Positions 20,491 through 31,257 of a stretch of 64,000 nt of DNA are shown here, one piece after another. A program made the position numbers and the translations under genes. The notes under the pieces are model-generated. The model saw only the letters and a list, made by a program, of their open reading frames with translations. It searched no databases and was not told the origin of the DNA. Every line of letters begins with the position of its first letter. Positions within the stretch are counted from its first letter, which is position 1. The stretch comes from a virus (lineage: Duplodnaviria > Caudoviricetes), in IMG/VR virus record IMGVR_UViG_3300025018_000091; one strand, written 5' to 3'.

Positions 20491-20760
20491 TCACTTATTA
20501 ACCTTCTTCAAAATCACTTCTATACTGGTGCAATCATCATCATGGTGAGTGAACGGCTTTACTTCATTATCATATAAGATAACCGTGTATAATACCTTAT
20601 AAATGTCACCAGTCTCCATATCCGATGACAATACATTATCACTCAAATAAACAAACTCACCTTTAAGTGGCTCTCTTCGCTAGGAAAGATTAGCAATACA
20701 CTTTAAATCAATATGTTTATTGGTATTACCTCTAAGGAAAAACCTAAGATTATACTTCAT
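20491..20760 (-). pseudogene. hypothetical ORF with an in-frame TAG at codon 27
   Basis: MKYNLRF...IANLS*RREPLKGEF...KKVNK; start and stop overlap the neighbouring genes. Confidence 0.5.
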
Positions 20761-21003
20761 TTGTTTTTTCCAATTTATAATTTAACCAGCAAAGAAGATT
20801 AGCGGCGCGCATAATGTGCGACAACCTATCTTTAAATTGAGGGAACCATTGATTCTCATATGACTCGCCAAGCATATTAATCTCCATTAAACCATAATCA
20901 ATATTATGGAAATTAATGTTTAAAGTAATTGGAGTGTCATATTTGGCGCTCATCTCTGTAAGAGTTGCGATGGCTTCCGTCATCCTATTTCTATCTTCTT
21001 GAT

Positions 21004-21459
21004 TCATATGTCAAACGAGCCTTTCTTATACATCTCCATAAACCTTGTCACACTAGGCACCCTAGATTTAGATCCAATATCGCAATGGTAATCAAACATA
21101 TTGCTGATATATTTGCGTAATCTTAAACTAAGATCCTCAGAACTCTTTTTAATTCGGGCTCTGCGGCTTGCAAAAATATCTACAAAAAGCTCGCCCTCGT
21201 TAAAAGATTCCTCGAAAAATTCCTCAAGATCTTTATCTGAAGCATCTTGTTCCATCTTCGAAAGTGGAAGCGGGAATTTTCCTTGCAATTGCCCGCAATC
21301 TAAACACAAGTCTAACTCTACATAGTCACCACCACCAATGCCAAGATCATCTGGCACATACCCATCGATTTCTAGATCACCGACAGAGGCAGTAAACATA
21401 TCAGAACATTTACAACCCGCCGACAGAATACGCTCACTGCCACATCGTTGACATTTCAT
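21004..21459 (-). CDS. hypothetical protein with N-terminal Zn-binding motifs
   Basis: CQRCGS...KCSD...CLDCGQ. Confidence 0.65.
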   Translation of the reverse strand: MKCQRCGSERILSAGCKCSDMFTASVGDLEIDGYVPDDLGIGGGDYVELDLCLDCGQLQGKFPLPLSKMEQDASDKDLEEFFEESFNEGELFVDIFASRRARIKKSSEDLSLRLRKYISNMFDYHCDIGSKSRVPSVTRFMEMYKKGSFDI

Positions 21460-21773
21460 ATTATGACCCCACTGAAAGCGTAATTAACCTTTTGTCATGA
21501 TCTACTGAGATTGATTCTAATACCAAATCGCCTATATCATGCCCCCATATTCCAAACTGTTCTGGAGAAGCATAAACCTTTTCATATGCTTTTCCAATAT
21601 CACTCAATAGTGAAATTAATCCACACCCATTATCTCCAGAATGAATCAGAAACTCCACGCCAGAATTCAAAGGATAAGTTATTAGAAGGGTGTATAAAGT
21701 GTTTGGTTGCAATTCAATATTACCACTCATATCAGATAGATAAATTACTGAAATTCCCAAACGACATTTTTCT

Positions 21774-22193
21774 TTATTCATCAAAATCTTCTTCTTCCTC
21801 CTCAAAATGAGAGGCGACTCTAGTGATTATATGTTCTGGAATATTATGTTTGCGAAGTTGATCGTCCCAACCTGGACTTGGAACATCACCACTATAGCTT
21901 CTTTTACCAACAAAAAACATCGCAGGCTTGGAATAAACTCTACCAAAAGGCGTTTCCATATATGGCCAAATCTCTAATGGAGAGTCCGAACAACAACCAC
22001 AATTATGTCGACTATCATAACTAGTAACTAACGTATTTACAGCTGGCGAACAATGAACTACCTTATTCCATCTACCAGTATAAGTTTCAAGATCGGGAAA
22101 AGACTCTGCTAAAGCTTTTAACCTACATACTTCTTCTGATTTATCCGCCAACTCTTTTTCTAATTTAGTTATTTCATCTACAATAGAGCTCAT
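21774..22193 (-). CDS. hypothetical protein
   Basis: 139 aa with HNCGCC motif. Confidence 0.6.
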   Translation of the reverse strand: MSSIVDEITKLEKELADKSEEVCRLKALAESFPDLETYTGRWNKVVHCSPAVNTLVTSYDSRHNCGCCSDSPLEIWPYMETPFGRVYSKPAMFFVGKRSYSGDVPSPGWDDQLRKHNIPEHIITRVASHFEEEEEDFDE

Positions 22194-22211
22194 ATTTTAT
22201 ACCTCTGCCAC

Positions 22212-22239
22212 AATATAACCACGCTCTCGCTCACGTCAA
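22212..22239 (-). promoter_or_regulatory. sigma70-like promoter
   Basis: TTGACG-16 nt-TATATT just upstream of the 22193 start. Confidence 0.5.
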
Positions 22240-22688
22240 CCCGCACATATTATCCAAAATTTCATGAAGCATCTCTCGACAAACATATGGGGGATCTTAT
22301 AGGGGGAGTAAGTATATAGAGAGTGACTATGTGTGACCATACGTCATGCAAACCCGATACCGAACATGAACCCTTCGCAATGAATTACTAATTGTTTTAG
22401 TAACATCTCATCATTTTCAAGAAGATCGTTTGGTAGATCACGCTTTTTCACAAGCAAACGATAATCACCAAAATCATCTTTGTACCAATGTAGAGATTTA
22501 TTATTAACCTCAAGTGTTTCAGCGACATAATCTAATGCCAGAGACATCATTTTTTTGGATTTCGCGATGCGCCATTCGCCGCAAACAAACCCCATTTCAA
22601 CATATAGTTCCATTATTTTCTCCATTTCTCACATGGGCAGTATGCGATATAAGTGCAGTGAGTACGAGCACCTACACGCGAGGATTAT

Positions 22689-23175
22689 ATGACTACAAAT
22701 TCTGAAGAATTATTTAGACCACTTATTTGGATTGAGGGAATCATTGGAGCAGGAAAAAGTACATTTTCCAGAGAGATTGCTTCAAGACTTAATTTGAGAT
22801 TAGTTGAAGAGCCAGTTGAAACAAATCCATATCTAGAGAAATTCTATCAAGATCCAAAACAATATGCATTTGGTATGCAAGTATTTCTTCTACACAAAAG
22901 ATATGCTATGCAACAATTAGCTTCATATGAAGCCACAGACAGCTTATGACAGAATGAAAGCTAGGAATCGAAATGCCGAGGCGGGAGTACCCCTAGAGTA
23001 TCTTTCTAAATTGCGTAAAGGATATCAAGAATTACTTAGGGAGGCTGAGTCGGCTCTCCTACCATGGGCACACGCGATACGAATTTTAAGAATTCCGTTT
23101 GATTTTGATATCCGCTCAAAAGAAGAATGGGACTCAGTTGCTTTAACTGTCAAAGATAGTTGTAGGATTATGTAA
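22689..23175 (+). pseudogene. deoxynucleoside kinase with internal deletion and frameshift
   Basis: P-loop IEGIIGAGKST, EPVETNPYLEKFY and RMKARNR..E lid are present; the central DRS region is absent. Confidence 0.8.
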
Positions 23176-23751
23176 TAATTCCCAATTGTAGACAAGTAAT
23201 TTCATTTCATCTAATGATAGATTACTTTTGGCAGTGTTCGCTTTTAAAGAAATTACTTGTACATTATCTTTAGTATATCCTTTTGATGAATCAATTCTAT
23301 CTAATGTTGGAGAATTTGGACAAGAATTTTTCTCACCTCTAAATAAAGGTATCTTTAATAAAGGGCAGAGGTTGTCTGTTGGATAGATTTTATTCAGAAA
23401 TTCCTCATCTAAATTGAAGCCTTCAATAGTCTCAAGAACACAGCAATCTGTATTAACTCCACAGACACGCAAGTGATTCTTTGGAAGTTTCTTTCTTTGT
23501 AGAAGTTTATTAATTGCTAAAGCTCCATTATTTGTAGTCTTGGTTACTGTATGAACATTCTCATATTTTACAGCAGCAACTAATTGTTTTAAACTCTCAA
23601 CTGTTTTACCTGAATAACGATACTCAACGAATACAATTGGAGCATTTCTTTTGATAGCTTGTTCTATCTCAGATATACATCCATATTGGACTGACTTATA
23701 TTTTGCCGCAGTAAAGCTATCTTGCATGTCAATAATTACAAGTGTATACAT
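23143..23751 (-). CDS. chimera: isochorismatase/nicotinamidase-like N-terminus fused to an HNH endonuclease C-terminal half
   Basis: LVIIDMQ...CGVNTDCCV followed by CPLLKIPL..PTLDRIDSSKGYTKDNVQVISLKAN. Confidence 0.75.
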   Translation of the reverse strand: MYTLVIIDMQDSFTAAKYKSVQYGCISEIEQAIKRNAPIVFVEYRYSGKTVESLKQLVAAVKYENVHTVTKTTNNGALAINKLLQRKKLPKNHLRVCGVNTDCCVLETIEGFNLDEEFLNKIYPTDNLCPLLKIPLFRGEKNSCPNSPTLDRIDSSKGYTKDNVQVISLKANTAKSNLSLDEMKLLVYNWELLHNPTTIFDS

Positions 23752-24173
23752 CGAAACAAACCTCTCCTTAAAGCCGTTCCGCAGTTATTGTTTTTAATAT
23801 TTCTGTTTGCTGCCAGTTTAATTTTTGGTAATTGCCAACAGCTTACCATCAATCGTTTTAACCACTTTACAAATAGCGCCATCAAATTTACGATAGCCTA
23901 GTGGTTTTTCACTACCAGTCAATTCAACTGTTTGAAAATCCCAACCATCTATATGTGAATTCTGCCAATTATCCGAACCATCATATACAAACGCATAAAC
24001 AGCGCCAGTCATATTCTCTCCAATTAGTAATTATCTTCCAAGTAAGCAAGTTGTTTATTCTTACCATTTAAACGCTTGGTACGTTTATCACGCATAGGTC
24101 CACCTTTTCTTTTCCTGGCGGGAAAATTAAATGGATTTCTATACTTGTTAATCTTTTGTTTCATAAAAATTTG

Positions 24174-24256
24174 TAGTCCCACTCGGACTTGAACCGAGAC
24201 GCCCATACGGGCACTTGCTCTTGAGGCAAGCGTGGCTGCCATTACACCATGAGACC
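24174..24256 (-). tRNA. tRNA-Leu(CAA)
   Basis: Class II cloverleaf, CTTGC-CT CAA GA-GCAAG. Confidence 0.9.
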
Positions 24257-24466
24257 ATAGAGTTTGGAAACTTATAGTTCCTCGACACGCCCGTACATCA
24301 TGTCGCTTATGGGTGGACCCAAGGAATACTTTACCTGAGCTAGCAATCACCATCAAAAATAATCAATGTTTATAGCAAGCTATATCAGGACTCGAACCCG
24401 ACTCAGAGGCGTATGGTTTCCCTCTTACCCCAACACTAATTATTTGACAATGAAACGTTTCCAAAC

Positions 24467-24552
24467 TGGTAGCACCTGAGAGACTCGAACTCTCACGCCC
24501 TTTCGGACACTTGCTCTTAAGGCAAGCGCGTATGCCATTTCGCCAAGGTGCC
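24467..24552 (-). tRNA. tRNA-Leu(TAA)
   Basis: Class II cloverleaf, CTTGC-CT TAA GA-GCAAG, encoded CCA. Confidence 0.93.
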
Positions 24553-25001
24553 TCACATCACATATATAACGTGATATTGATATTTCAGTATGCAGATTTC
24601 CTTATATGTGGCTTACTCCGAAAACTATCAGATTCACCATTTACATTCATATCCATCTTTTCTCTCAAGAGTTTTTCTTTTTCAAGCTTACCCTTAAGAT
24701 AAGCTTCCTTATCTCTTCGTTTTTTTGAAAAACAACTTAATACTTTTGGAAAGTATATCTGGTAAAAACACAAATAGAAATGCTCCCAAGAAAAATAGAA
24801 GAGTTAAAGGAACTGTAATCTCCCAGAAAAAACCAAAAGCTGCTCTAGCGCAAGGAGTGTCATCACTATTCGATGCATCAATAAATTAAGTTATATTTAA
24901 AATCGTAATTACAATAAATGTAACTAGGATGTGAATTGCTATACACACCAGTACAGTTATCATATTGTTCCCGCCTTAGTAATATAGAATATTAAATTAG
25001 T

Positions 25002-25075
25002 TGGTTGAGGTGCAGAGATTCGAACTCTGATACTAGGTTCCAAAGACCCATGTCCTGCCGTTGAACGACACCTCA
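25002..25075 (-). tRNA. tRNA-Gln(TTG)
   Basis: Cloverleaf, TGGGT-CT TTG GA-ACCTA, U1-A72 pair, CCA. Confidence 0.93.
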
Positions 25076-25251
25076 ATACTTATGATTATATATCATGATA
25101 TTAGCTGATTTGAATAGCTAACATCATTTTACATAATCATAAGGCTATTTTATAATAGCACACCAAGCTCTCAAAATAGCAAACACACTTGGTAACCTCA
25201 CCACTTCTCTTTTAGCGCGCATAGATGGCAGGTGACGCCAAATCTAAATCT

Positions 25252-25466
25252 TCAGTAATCATTGGCTTCAGATTCGTCATAAACATCATGTTCATCAAAA
25301 TCAAGCTCACCCTCTTCCTCTTCTTCATCAAGAGGTACAAGCTCTCCATCATCAGATTCAGTAAGACCAGTATAGATGATAATTTGCCGTCGTTATCAGT
25401 ATCAATCTGATAGCTTGGCAAGATTTCCTCAAGCGCCTCTTCTAGTTCCTCAAGAGTCATGTTCAT
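25252..25466 (-). pseudogene. acidic hypothetical protein with a 1-nt frameshift near 25384
   Basis: MNMTLEELEEAL..IDTDNDG continues as IIYTGLTESDDGELVPLDEEEEG in a shifted frame. Confidence 0.6.
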
Positions 25467-25631
25467 ATCTCCATGTCAAATCATTACCAATGATTAAAAG
25501 ATATTAGTAAAAATTGAGGGACAGTTACCTATCCCCCAATCCCCACTATTCGCTCATCAAATCTCACCTAACCGTGAGCCTGTCTTGAATTTATATTCAA
25601 ATTCGTGGTTGATCGTAGCAGTATCTATGAA

Positions 25632-25994
25632 TTATTCTGATTCGTCAGTCGCAGGCGCAGCAGCCTTACGGCTAACACCGCCGCCCTTACCCTTAGTGAT
25701 GGTCAGCGAACCACCTTCGCCAGCCATACCCTGAATGTGAGCATGAATACGCTTCGTAACAGCACCATGCTCAGCAGGAGTTGCACCAAGGTCAGCCACC
25801 GAAAGGGAGACCAATGCAGGCATTGGAAGGGTTTGACCAGGGTATCGATCAAACACCGCATTCACAACATCACTCAAGAGTTCCGGGTCAGTTTCATTCT
25901 CATTGACCCAAGCCTGCAACGCTTCAGCATACTTCGAAGCAGAAGCAACCACATCAACCGCACCACTCGTATCACGTACCGTAAACTTATCCAT
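25632..25994 (-). CDS. winged-helix (Rrf2-like wing) protein, paralogue 2
   Basis: LTITKGKGGGV motif; visibly more GC-rich codons. Confidence 0.6.
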   Translation of the reverse strand: MDKFTVRDTSGAVDVVASASKYAEALQAWVNENETDPELLSDVVNAVFDRYPGQTLPMPALVSLSVADLGATPAEHGAVTKRIHAHIQGMAGEGGSLTITKGKGGGVSRKAAAPATDESE

Positions 25995-26098
25995 TTTTCA
26001 TTCTCCTTACAGAAACAATTTCCGACAATTAAACTCAGACCATCTGAGTATTAATACTTTAATGTTGGATATATATACCAATACTTTAGTATAATATC

Positions 26099-26758
26099 AT
26101 GTTTTATGTATACAAACTAACTAACAAATCGAATTTCAAAAGTTATATTGGAAAATCCAACGATGCTTTAAAAAGACTACGCACACATATAAAAATTTCA
26201 AAAGGAGGCAAAGCAAAATATCCTAGAAAATTTCATGCAATTCATGCAGCTATAGCTAAGTATGGCATCGAGAGTTTCTATTTTGAAATATTACATCAGG
26301 TAGAATCAGAAGAACAAGCATTTGAATTAGAAACAAATGAAATTCTTAAGATAAGAAAATTAGGCATTAATGTTTATAACCTTAGTGATGGCGGTGAAGG
26401 TAATTCAGGATGGCACCATACTAATGAATCTAAATTAAAAATGTCTATTACACGCAAAGGTCGAGTATTTTCAAGTGAACACAAAAAAGCATTATCAAAA
26501 GCTCAAAGTGGCAATAAACATTCTCAATTTGGAAAACATCAAGATATATCTTGGAAAGAAAAGAAAAGTAAATTAACATCAAAACAAGTTTCTGATATTA
26601 AATACTTAATCAAGATAGGCACAAAACAAAGTCTAATAGCCAATACATATGGCGTAAGCATATCTACTATAAGTATGATTAAATCCGGTAAAATATGGAA
26701 TGAAGTTATTACTTCGTCTGAGGAGAATTATTCTGGTCTACCTGTGCCAATTTCGTAA
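26099..26758 (+). mobile_element. free-standing GIY-YIG homing endonuclease (NUMOD3 + HTH)
   Basis: YVYKLTN..KSYIG, YNLSDGGEG, HTNESKLKMS. Confidence 0.92.
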
Positions 26759-26993
26759 TTCCACCATGAGCACCTCTGGTAACTGAAACCCCAGGATATC
26801 CTTCCAAAAGGAACTTAATGGTAGGATATAGCGCAGGACCAGTCATTCCGATTTCCTCAGCCAAATCCTTTGCAAGACCTGTCGCCGTAACCTTCTCACC
26901 AACCTTGAGAGCTTCAATGCGAGTAGAAGCTTTCTCAAAAATATTACGAATCTTATTGAGCGACGCATCGATATGACTATTATTCATGTTCAT
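26709..26993 (-). CDS. winged-helix (Rrf2-like wing) protein, paralogue 3
   Basis: ATGLAKDLAEEIG helix plus VSVTRGAHGGI. Confidence 0.6.
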   Translation of the reverse strand: MNMNNSHIDASLNKIRNIFEKASTRIEALKVGEKVTATGLAKDLAEEIGMTGPALYPTIKFLLEGYPGVSVTRGAHGGITKLAQVDQNNSPQTK

Positions 26994-27058
26994 GTTGTAC
27001 TTCCTTTGCTAACATTTTCTTGTTCATTGCAGCGCTCTACGTCGCCGCTACATACCCT

Positions 27059-27083
27059 AGCTTGCCCCCCTCACTCGATGGGG
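27059..27083 (-). promoter_or_regulatory. dispersed 25-bp motif, copy 2
   Basis: Plus strand agcttgcccccctcactcgatgggg. Confidence 0.7.
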
Positions 27084-27104
27084 CGGCGTCCGCCCTCACT
27101 GTAA

Positions 27105-27428
27105 TCAGAAGTTATATTGCAACCACAACTTAGCTGCTTTTCTAGCACGAGCAGGAACGTTCTTTGATTGCAAAAGACTCTGCATAACAGCAGTAGTTAT
27201 TTGATGGTTGTCTTGCTCACCGTCAAAACCCTTCAGACGAATAGGCTTCTCAAGCAAACGACCAAGAGCAATATGACGAGCAAGACTTCGCTCAAACTTA
27301 TCGACAGGATTCAACACTGACATTTGATACCTAACAGTGCTACGATCCTTACTCAAGGAAATCGCAACACAACCAACAGGATTGGACCTCTCATCCCTAA
27401 GATACATAACTCTACGATTCTGTTTCAT
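27105..27428 (-). CDS. hypothetical protein
   Basis: 107 aa with DKFERSLARHIALGRL motif. Confidence 0.6.
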   Translation of the reverse strand: MKQNRRVMYLRDERSNPVGCVAISLSKDRSTVRYQMSVLNPVDKFERSLARHIALGRLLEKPIRLKGFDGEQDNHQITTAVMQSLLQSKNVPARARKAAKLWLQYNF

Positions 27429-27680
27429 TTTCTTTCTCTCTTTCTAATTAGTAATTGGCGATAGCATTATATCGTCTTTCTTCTCTATCAAACGTATGAT
27501 AAGCTCTAACAGCTTGTTGGAACTCATCTGCTTTCTTCACACTAATTGTAGGTGGATAATTTCTGATTGAAGGAAATTTATCACAAACCTCTAGAATTAC
27601 TTGGCGTGGTCTGCGTTTCAATAGCGCAAGTGTAACCAAAATATCATTGGTGCTTACAATCATTTTTAATTATCTCCTAC

Positions 27681-28286
27681 TTATACAGGATAATTTGTCC
27701 GAATTTTTTGAATAACTAATTGCGCTTGCTGCGCAGTTTCTTCTACGGTTCCAGAGGAATCAATTACGAAATCCGCTACCTTAATCTTTTTTTCCCTCGG
27801 AAGTTGTGATTTCAATCTAGCCACGGCTTCGTCGTATGTCAAGAGGTTGCGGCGCATCATTCTCGCGATTTGCGTTTCAGGCGCACAATGCACCACAATC
27901 AAGGGACGGTAACGCTCCGCGTCGCCAGCCTCGACGATTAATGCAGAGTCAAACCCAACGATTTTATTACCAGCATTATGAAACTTATCTATTTGATTGT
28001 CAGCTTCTTTTCTGATAAGAGGAATCATTATTGAATCTAACTTTAATCTAGCTTCTTTATTAAAAAAGATAAGATTAGCAAGTTTCTTTCTATCTAAGTA
28101 ACCATCATATGTAAAGTATTGTGGACCAAAAGTATTAAACAATTTACTATGACCAGTTGTACCTAGTTGAACTATTTCACGAGCAACTTCATCAGCATCA
28201 ACCATAGGTATATCATTCTCTTTAAAGAACTTAGTTATACGGCTTTTACCACAGGCAATACCGCCTGTTAAACCAAATGTTACCAT
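27681..28286 (-). CDS. coaE: dephospho-CoA kinase
   Basis: GLTGGIACGKS, VDADEVAR, LDRKKLA, MRRN, ADFVIDSSG. Confidence 0.95.
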   Translation of the reverse strand: MVTFGLTGGIACGKSRITKFFKENDIPMVDADEVAREIVQLGTTGHSKLFNTFGPQYFTYDGYLDRKKLANLIFFNKEARLKLDSIMIPLIRKEADNQIDKFHNAGNKIVGFDSALIVEAGDAERYRPLIVVHCAPETQIARMMRRNLLTYDEAVARLKSQLPREKKIKVADFVIDSSGTVEETAQQAQLVIQKIRTNYPV

Positions 28287-28295
28287 TATGTGTTC

Positions 28296-28583
28296 CTATG
28301 GGTTAAGAAGATAGTCTTCTAATATATGCTGCAATAAACCGTTAATTTCTTCAATTAGAAGATATCTTTCATCAGTTTCATCTTCAGGATAACAATTTAC
28401 ATAAAGCTTTCCTCCATCATTCCAGAACTTACCACCAAATCCTAACACCGAACAGCAGCGATATTCTACACCATCTTCATGAGTAAAGTAATTGATGAAG
28501 TCATCTCTATGCCAAGGTTCTGCGCCTAAACGTTCTTCAAGAAGATCATATATTTTATGATATAAAGATTCAGGTAAGATCAT
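28296..28583 (-). CDS. conserved phage hypothetical protein
   Basis: LGFGGKFWN...VNCYPEDET motif. Confidence 0.65.
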   Translation of the reverse strand: MILPESLYHKIYDLLEERLGAEPWHRDDFINYFTHEDGVEYRCCSVLGFGGKFWNDGGKLYVNCYPEDETDERYLLIEEINGLLQHILEDYLLNP

Positions 28584-28804
28584 AGATATCCCCTAAACAA
28601 TTTTGATTTCTCATGAAGATATTCTAGCTTAAAAAGCAGCCCTCGTAAATGTGGCGATTTATAATCTGGATGCTTCATAGAAATAAGTTGTCGCATATAA
28701 TGCAAATCGGATAATAGTGTCTTACGTTCATCATGAGATAATGAACTGAACCATTTATCTATTGTGTTTTTTCTTATAAAGAACATTTAAAAATCAATTT
28801 ATTC

Positions 28805-29209
28805 TCAATAGTAATCCTGATAGTAGCCTGGGTCATCATATTCATAATCATCTGGTGGGTCAAAATCATCAAAGTCTTTAGCCATATCAGCGATTCTTTC
28901 TTTGATCGATTCTCGCTCATCTCTTGTTAATTTGTGATACCAATCATTTCCATTAGAATCAATAACCGATTCAATTTCAGTACCACCATCATCCGGTTCA
29001 CAATCCTCTGGATACTTACCAGTATGTCCAGGATAATAATATGAATTACCTTCAACAGTTAAGGCAACACTGACAATATCGTATTCGAAATCATCTTCAA
29101 GATTTGGAAGGTCTGCTTCTTTAAAAAGTTCCCCCGTTTCTCGATCTTTATATCTTTCAATTTCAAATTCAAATTCAGCGTTACCTGAGTAACCACCTTT
29201 TTTATTCAT
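28805..29209 (-). CDS. acidic hypothetical protein
   Basis: 134 aa, Asp/Glu/Tyr rich. Confidence 0.6.
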   Translation of the reverse strand: MNKKGGYSGNAEFEFEIERYKDRETGELFKEADLPNLEDDFEYDIVSVALTVEGNSYYYPGHTGKYPEDCEPDDGGTEIESVIDSNGNDWYHKLTRDERESIKERIADMAKDFDDFDPPDDYEYDDPGYYQDYY

Positions 29210-29616
29210 GATATCTACTCAATTCAGTTTAATAACTCTATCAATTTTGAATGAAAAACGTTCTTTAAAAGAATCTTTTTGAGGACTAACCCTAAGCCAG
29301 AAGTGTTCACCATCATCACAAATCTCATCCACTACACCAATGATCCTCTTACCTTCATAAAGATGAACACCAATAACTTCATTAAGCTTGATATCAACTT
29401 TCTTAATGACCGGAAACAAGAGGCATGAGTTTTCGTTTATAACAGAATTGACAACCATAGTTACCTCCGCGAATGTTAGAATTTATTTCAGCATCTTATA
29501 TCATTGAGACTAATTCCTCAATACCAACTCCTCTATCAAATCTCTCACCTAAACATGCCAAAGCAGTAATAGTTAGTTAGCTTTGCTGCAAGTTTTTATC
29601 GCTCGGTACGTAAGCT

Positions 29617-29641
29617 GGCTTGCCCCCCTTACTCGATGGGA
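29617..29641 (-). promoter_or_regulatory. dispersed 25-bp motif, copy 3
   Basis: Plus strand ggcttgccccccttactcgatggga. Confidence 0.7.
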
Positions 29642-29960
29642 CACGCCACTTGGCACGGTTTTTGCTTTGCCTTATTAAGGAAGCAATTCAGGAACAGATG
29701 CAGAAGGTGCAGGAACAATAGGTGCAGGATAAGCCCAAAGAGTAGAGCTTGCTGCGACTGTTGCAGAAGTATCTGGTTTTACTTTAGAAGTAATTTCATT
29801 TTCATTTGGAGTAATATCCAAAGGACAGTACCAATCCATTTTTGTATACCACTTTGGTTTCTTAGGAGTTTCTCTTCTTGGTTCAGGATCTTTGGCAGCA
29901 GGTGTCCTATAAGGATCTATATTTATTTCTTTATTACAATGTGGACAAAACATTTGTACC

Positions 29961-30272
29961 TTATGCGGCAGCCAAACCGAAAAACAAGTATTTCACACCG
30001 CTGTCTTTATCCTTAAATTGGACACAGCCAGCAGGTCCCCACTTATCATTGATTTTTTCATCACCATTCTCAATAAGTTGATCGGCAAAATCATAGGCTT
30101 CCTTGTAAGAATCAAATACTTTGTCACTAACCATAACAAAAGATTCTTTCTCTGCAAGAGAGCCAGTATAGCCGCGATGACCATATTCATATGCTGCTGT
30201 TTTTGAAGCAGCAGTAAAAGCTTTCTTTGCATTCTTTCCACTAGCGATTTGAAAAAATTCTTCAGCTCCCAT
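29961..30272 (-). CDS. conserved phage hypothetical protein
   Basis: YEYGHRGYTGSLAEK...KWGPAGC motif. Confidence 0.65.
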   Translation of the reverse strand: MGAEEFFQIASGKNAKKAFTAASKTAAYEYGHRGYTGSLAEKESFVMVSDKVFDSYKEAYDFADQLIENGDEKINDKWGPAGCVQFKDKDSGVKYLFFGLAAA

Positions 30273-31257
30273 GATTATCCTCCAAACGTTCCATCTTCAA
30301 AACAACACCAAATACATCTTCCCATTCAAGAAATGCAGAAGCTCCATTATGCAATGTAACACTGCATCTTCCACCATTGTCCTTTGGACAGGTTTCAGCT
30401 ATATGTAAATTCTTATGCTTTCCGCCAGCTAGGCATACAATTTTTGTAGATGGACCATAAGCAAGTTTATTAAGATCTATAGGTAATGCTTCAACCAAAA
30501 CCTTACACATACCATCATCTCCTAAAGCAAACATCTCTGCTTGGAATATATCTCCATTACGAAGCTTTGTAATCATGTCCTGATTATGTTGCCTCTGCTT
30601 ATGAGATCTCTTTTGCTTCAAGAATTCACCAGGCTTCTTACCCTTTTTCATCTGTACTCTCCTTAAAGTAACTTGGATGTTCCATTCGCATGATCTTTAC
30701 GCCATGCTCACCAATGATATCTCGTTGTTCCCACCAGGCTTTTTTCCATTTTTTCACGGAAAGCTCTAGTACCGCAATTCTATCAGAATAGTATTTTTCA
30801 AGACACTTATCTGAACAGAATGTTTTTCCATCTCTTTCTATTTTTGAAGAAGAGTAGAAAACTATTTCACATATAGAACAAATTGATTTTGTCATTATTT
30901 CTTTTCTACCTTTAAAGTACCAGCATCATCAAACTTAATGATGTAGACATTATTTTCAGGCTCAACACAGATACATTGTCTGCTGTAATTTCTCTCCATC
31001 TTATAGGCAATGGTTCCTTCTGGACACTTTGAATCATCACACCTATCAGTTAGTGCAAGAAATCCCAAAGCTATACCTATTACTGCGCCCAATAACAATA
31101 GACCAATTAGACCAATCTTATCTGTATCTTTTTTCATTTGAATTTCTCGTAATAAGAATTATCTTCAATTGTTTTGGGATAAATCCATAAAATTATTCCT
31201 ATAAAGATTCCCAAAGCCCCACCTACTATAGGAATAGAATAGTTAATTAAATTTTGC

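Noticed and set aside
20491-20760. Genome-wide TAG recoding (code 15)
   Set aside because: Well-defined genes (e.g. 1504-2442, 6049-6999) end in TAG, ORFs are not fragmented, and no CTA tRNA was seen.
24024-24356. 110-aa ORF
   Set aside because: Its 5' two-thirds overlaps tRNA-Leu(CAA); only a short 3' basic ORF is plausible.
24378-24440. Additional tRNA between the two Leu tRNAs
   Set aside because: Only a T arm and one hairpin are present, with no D arm and a poor acceptor; at most a remnant.
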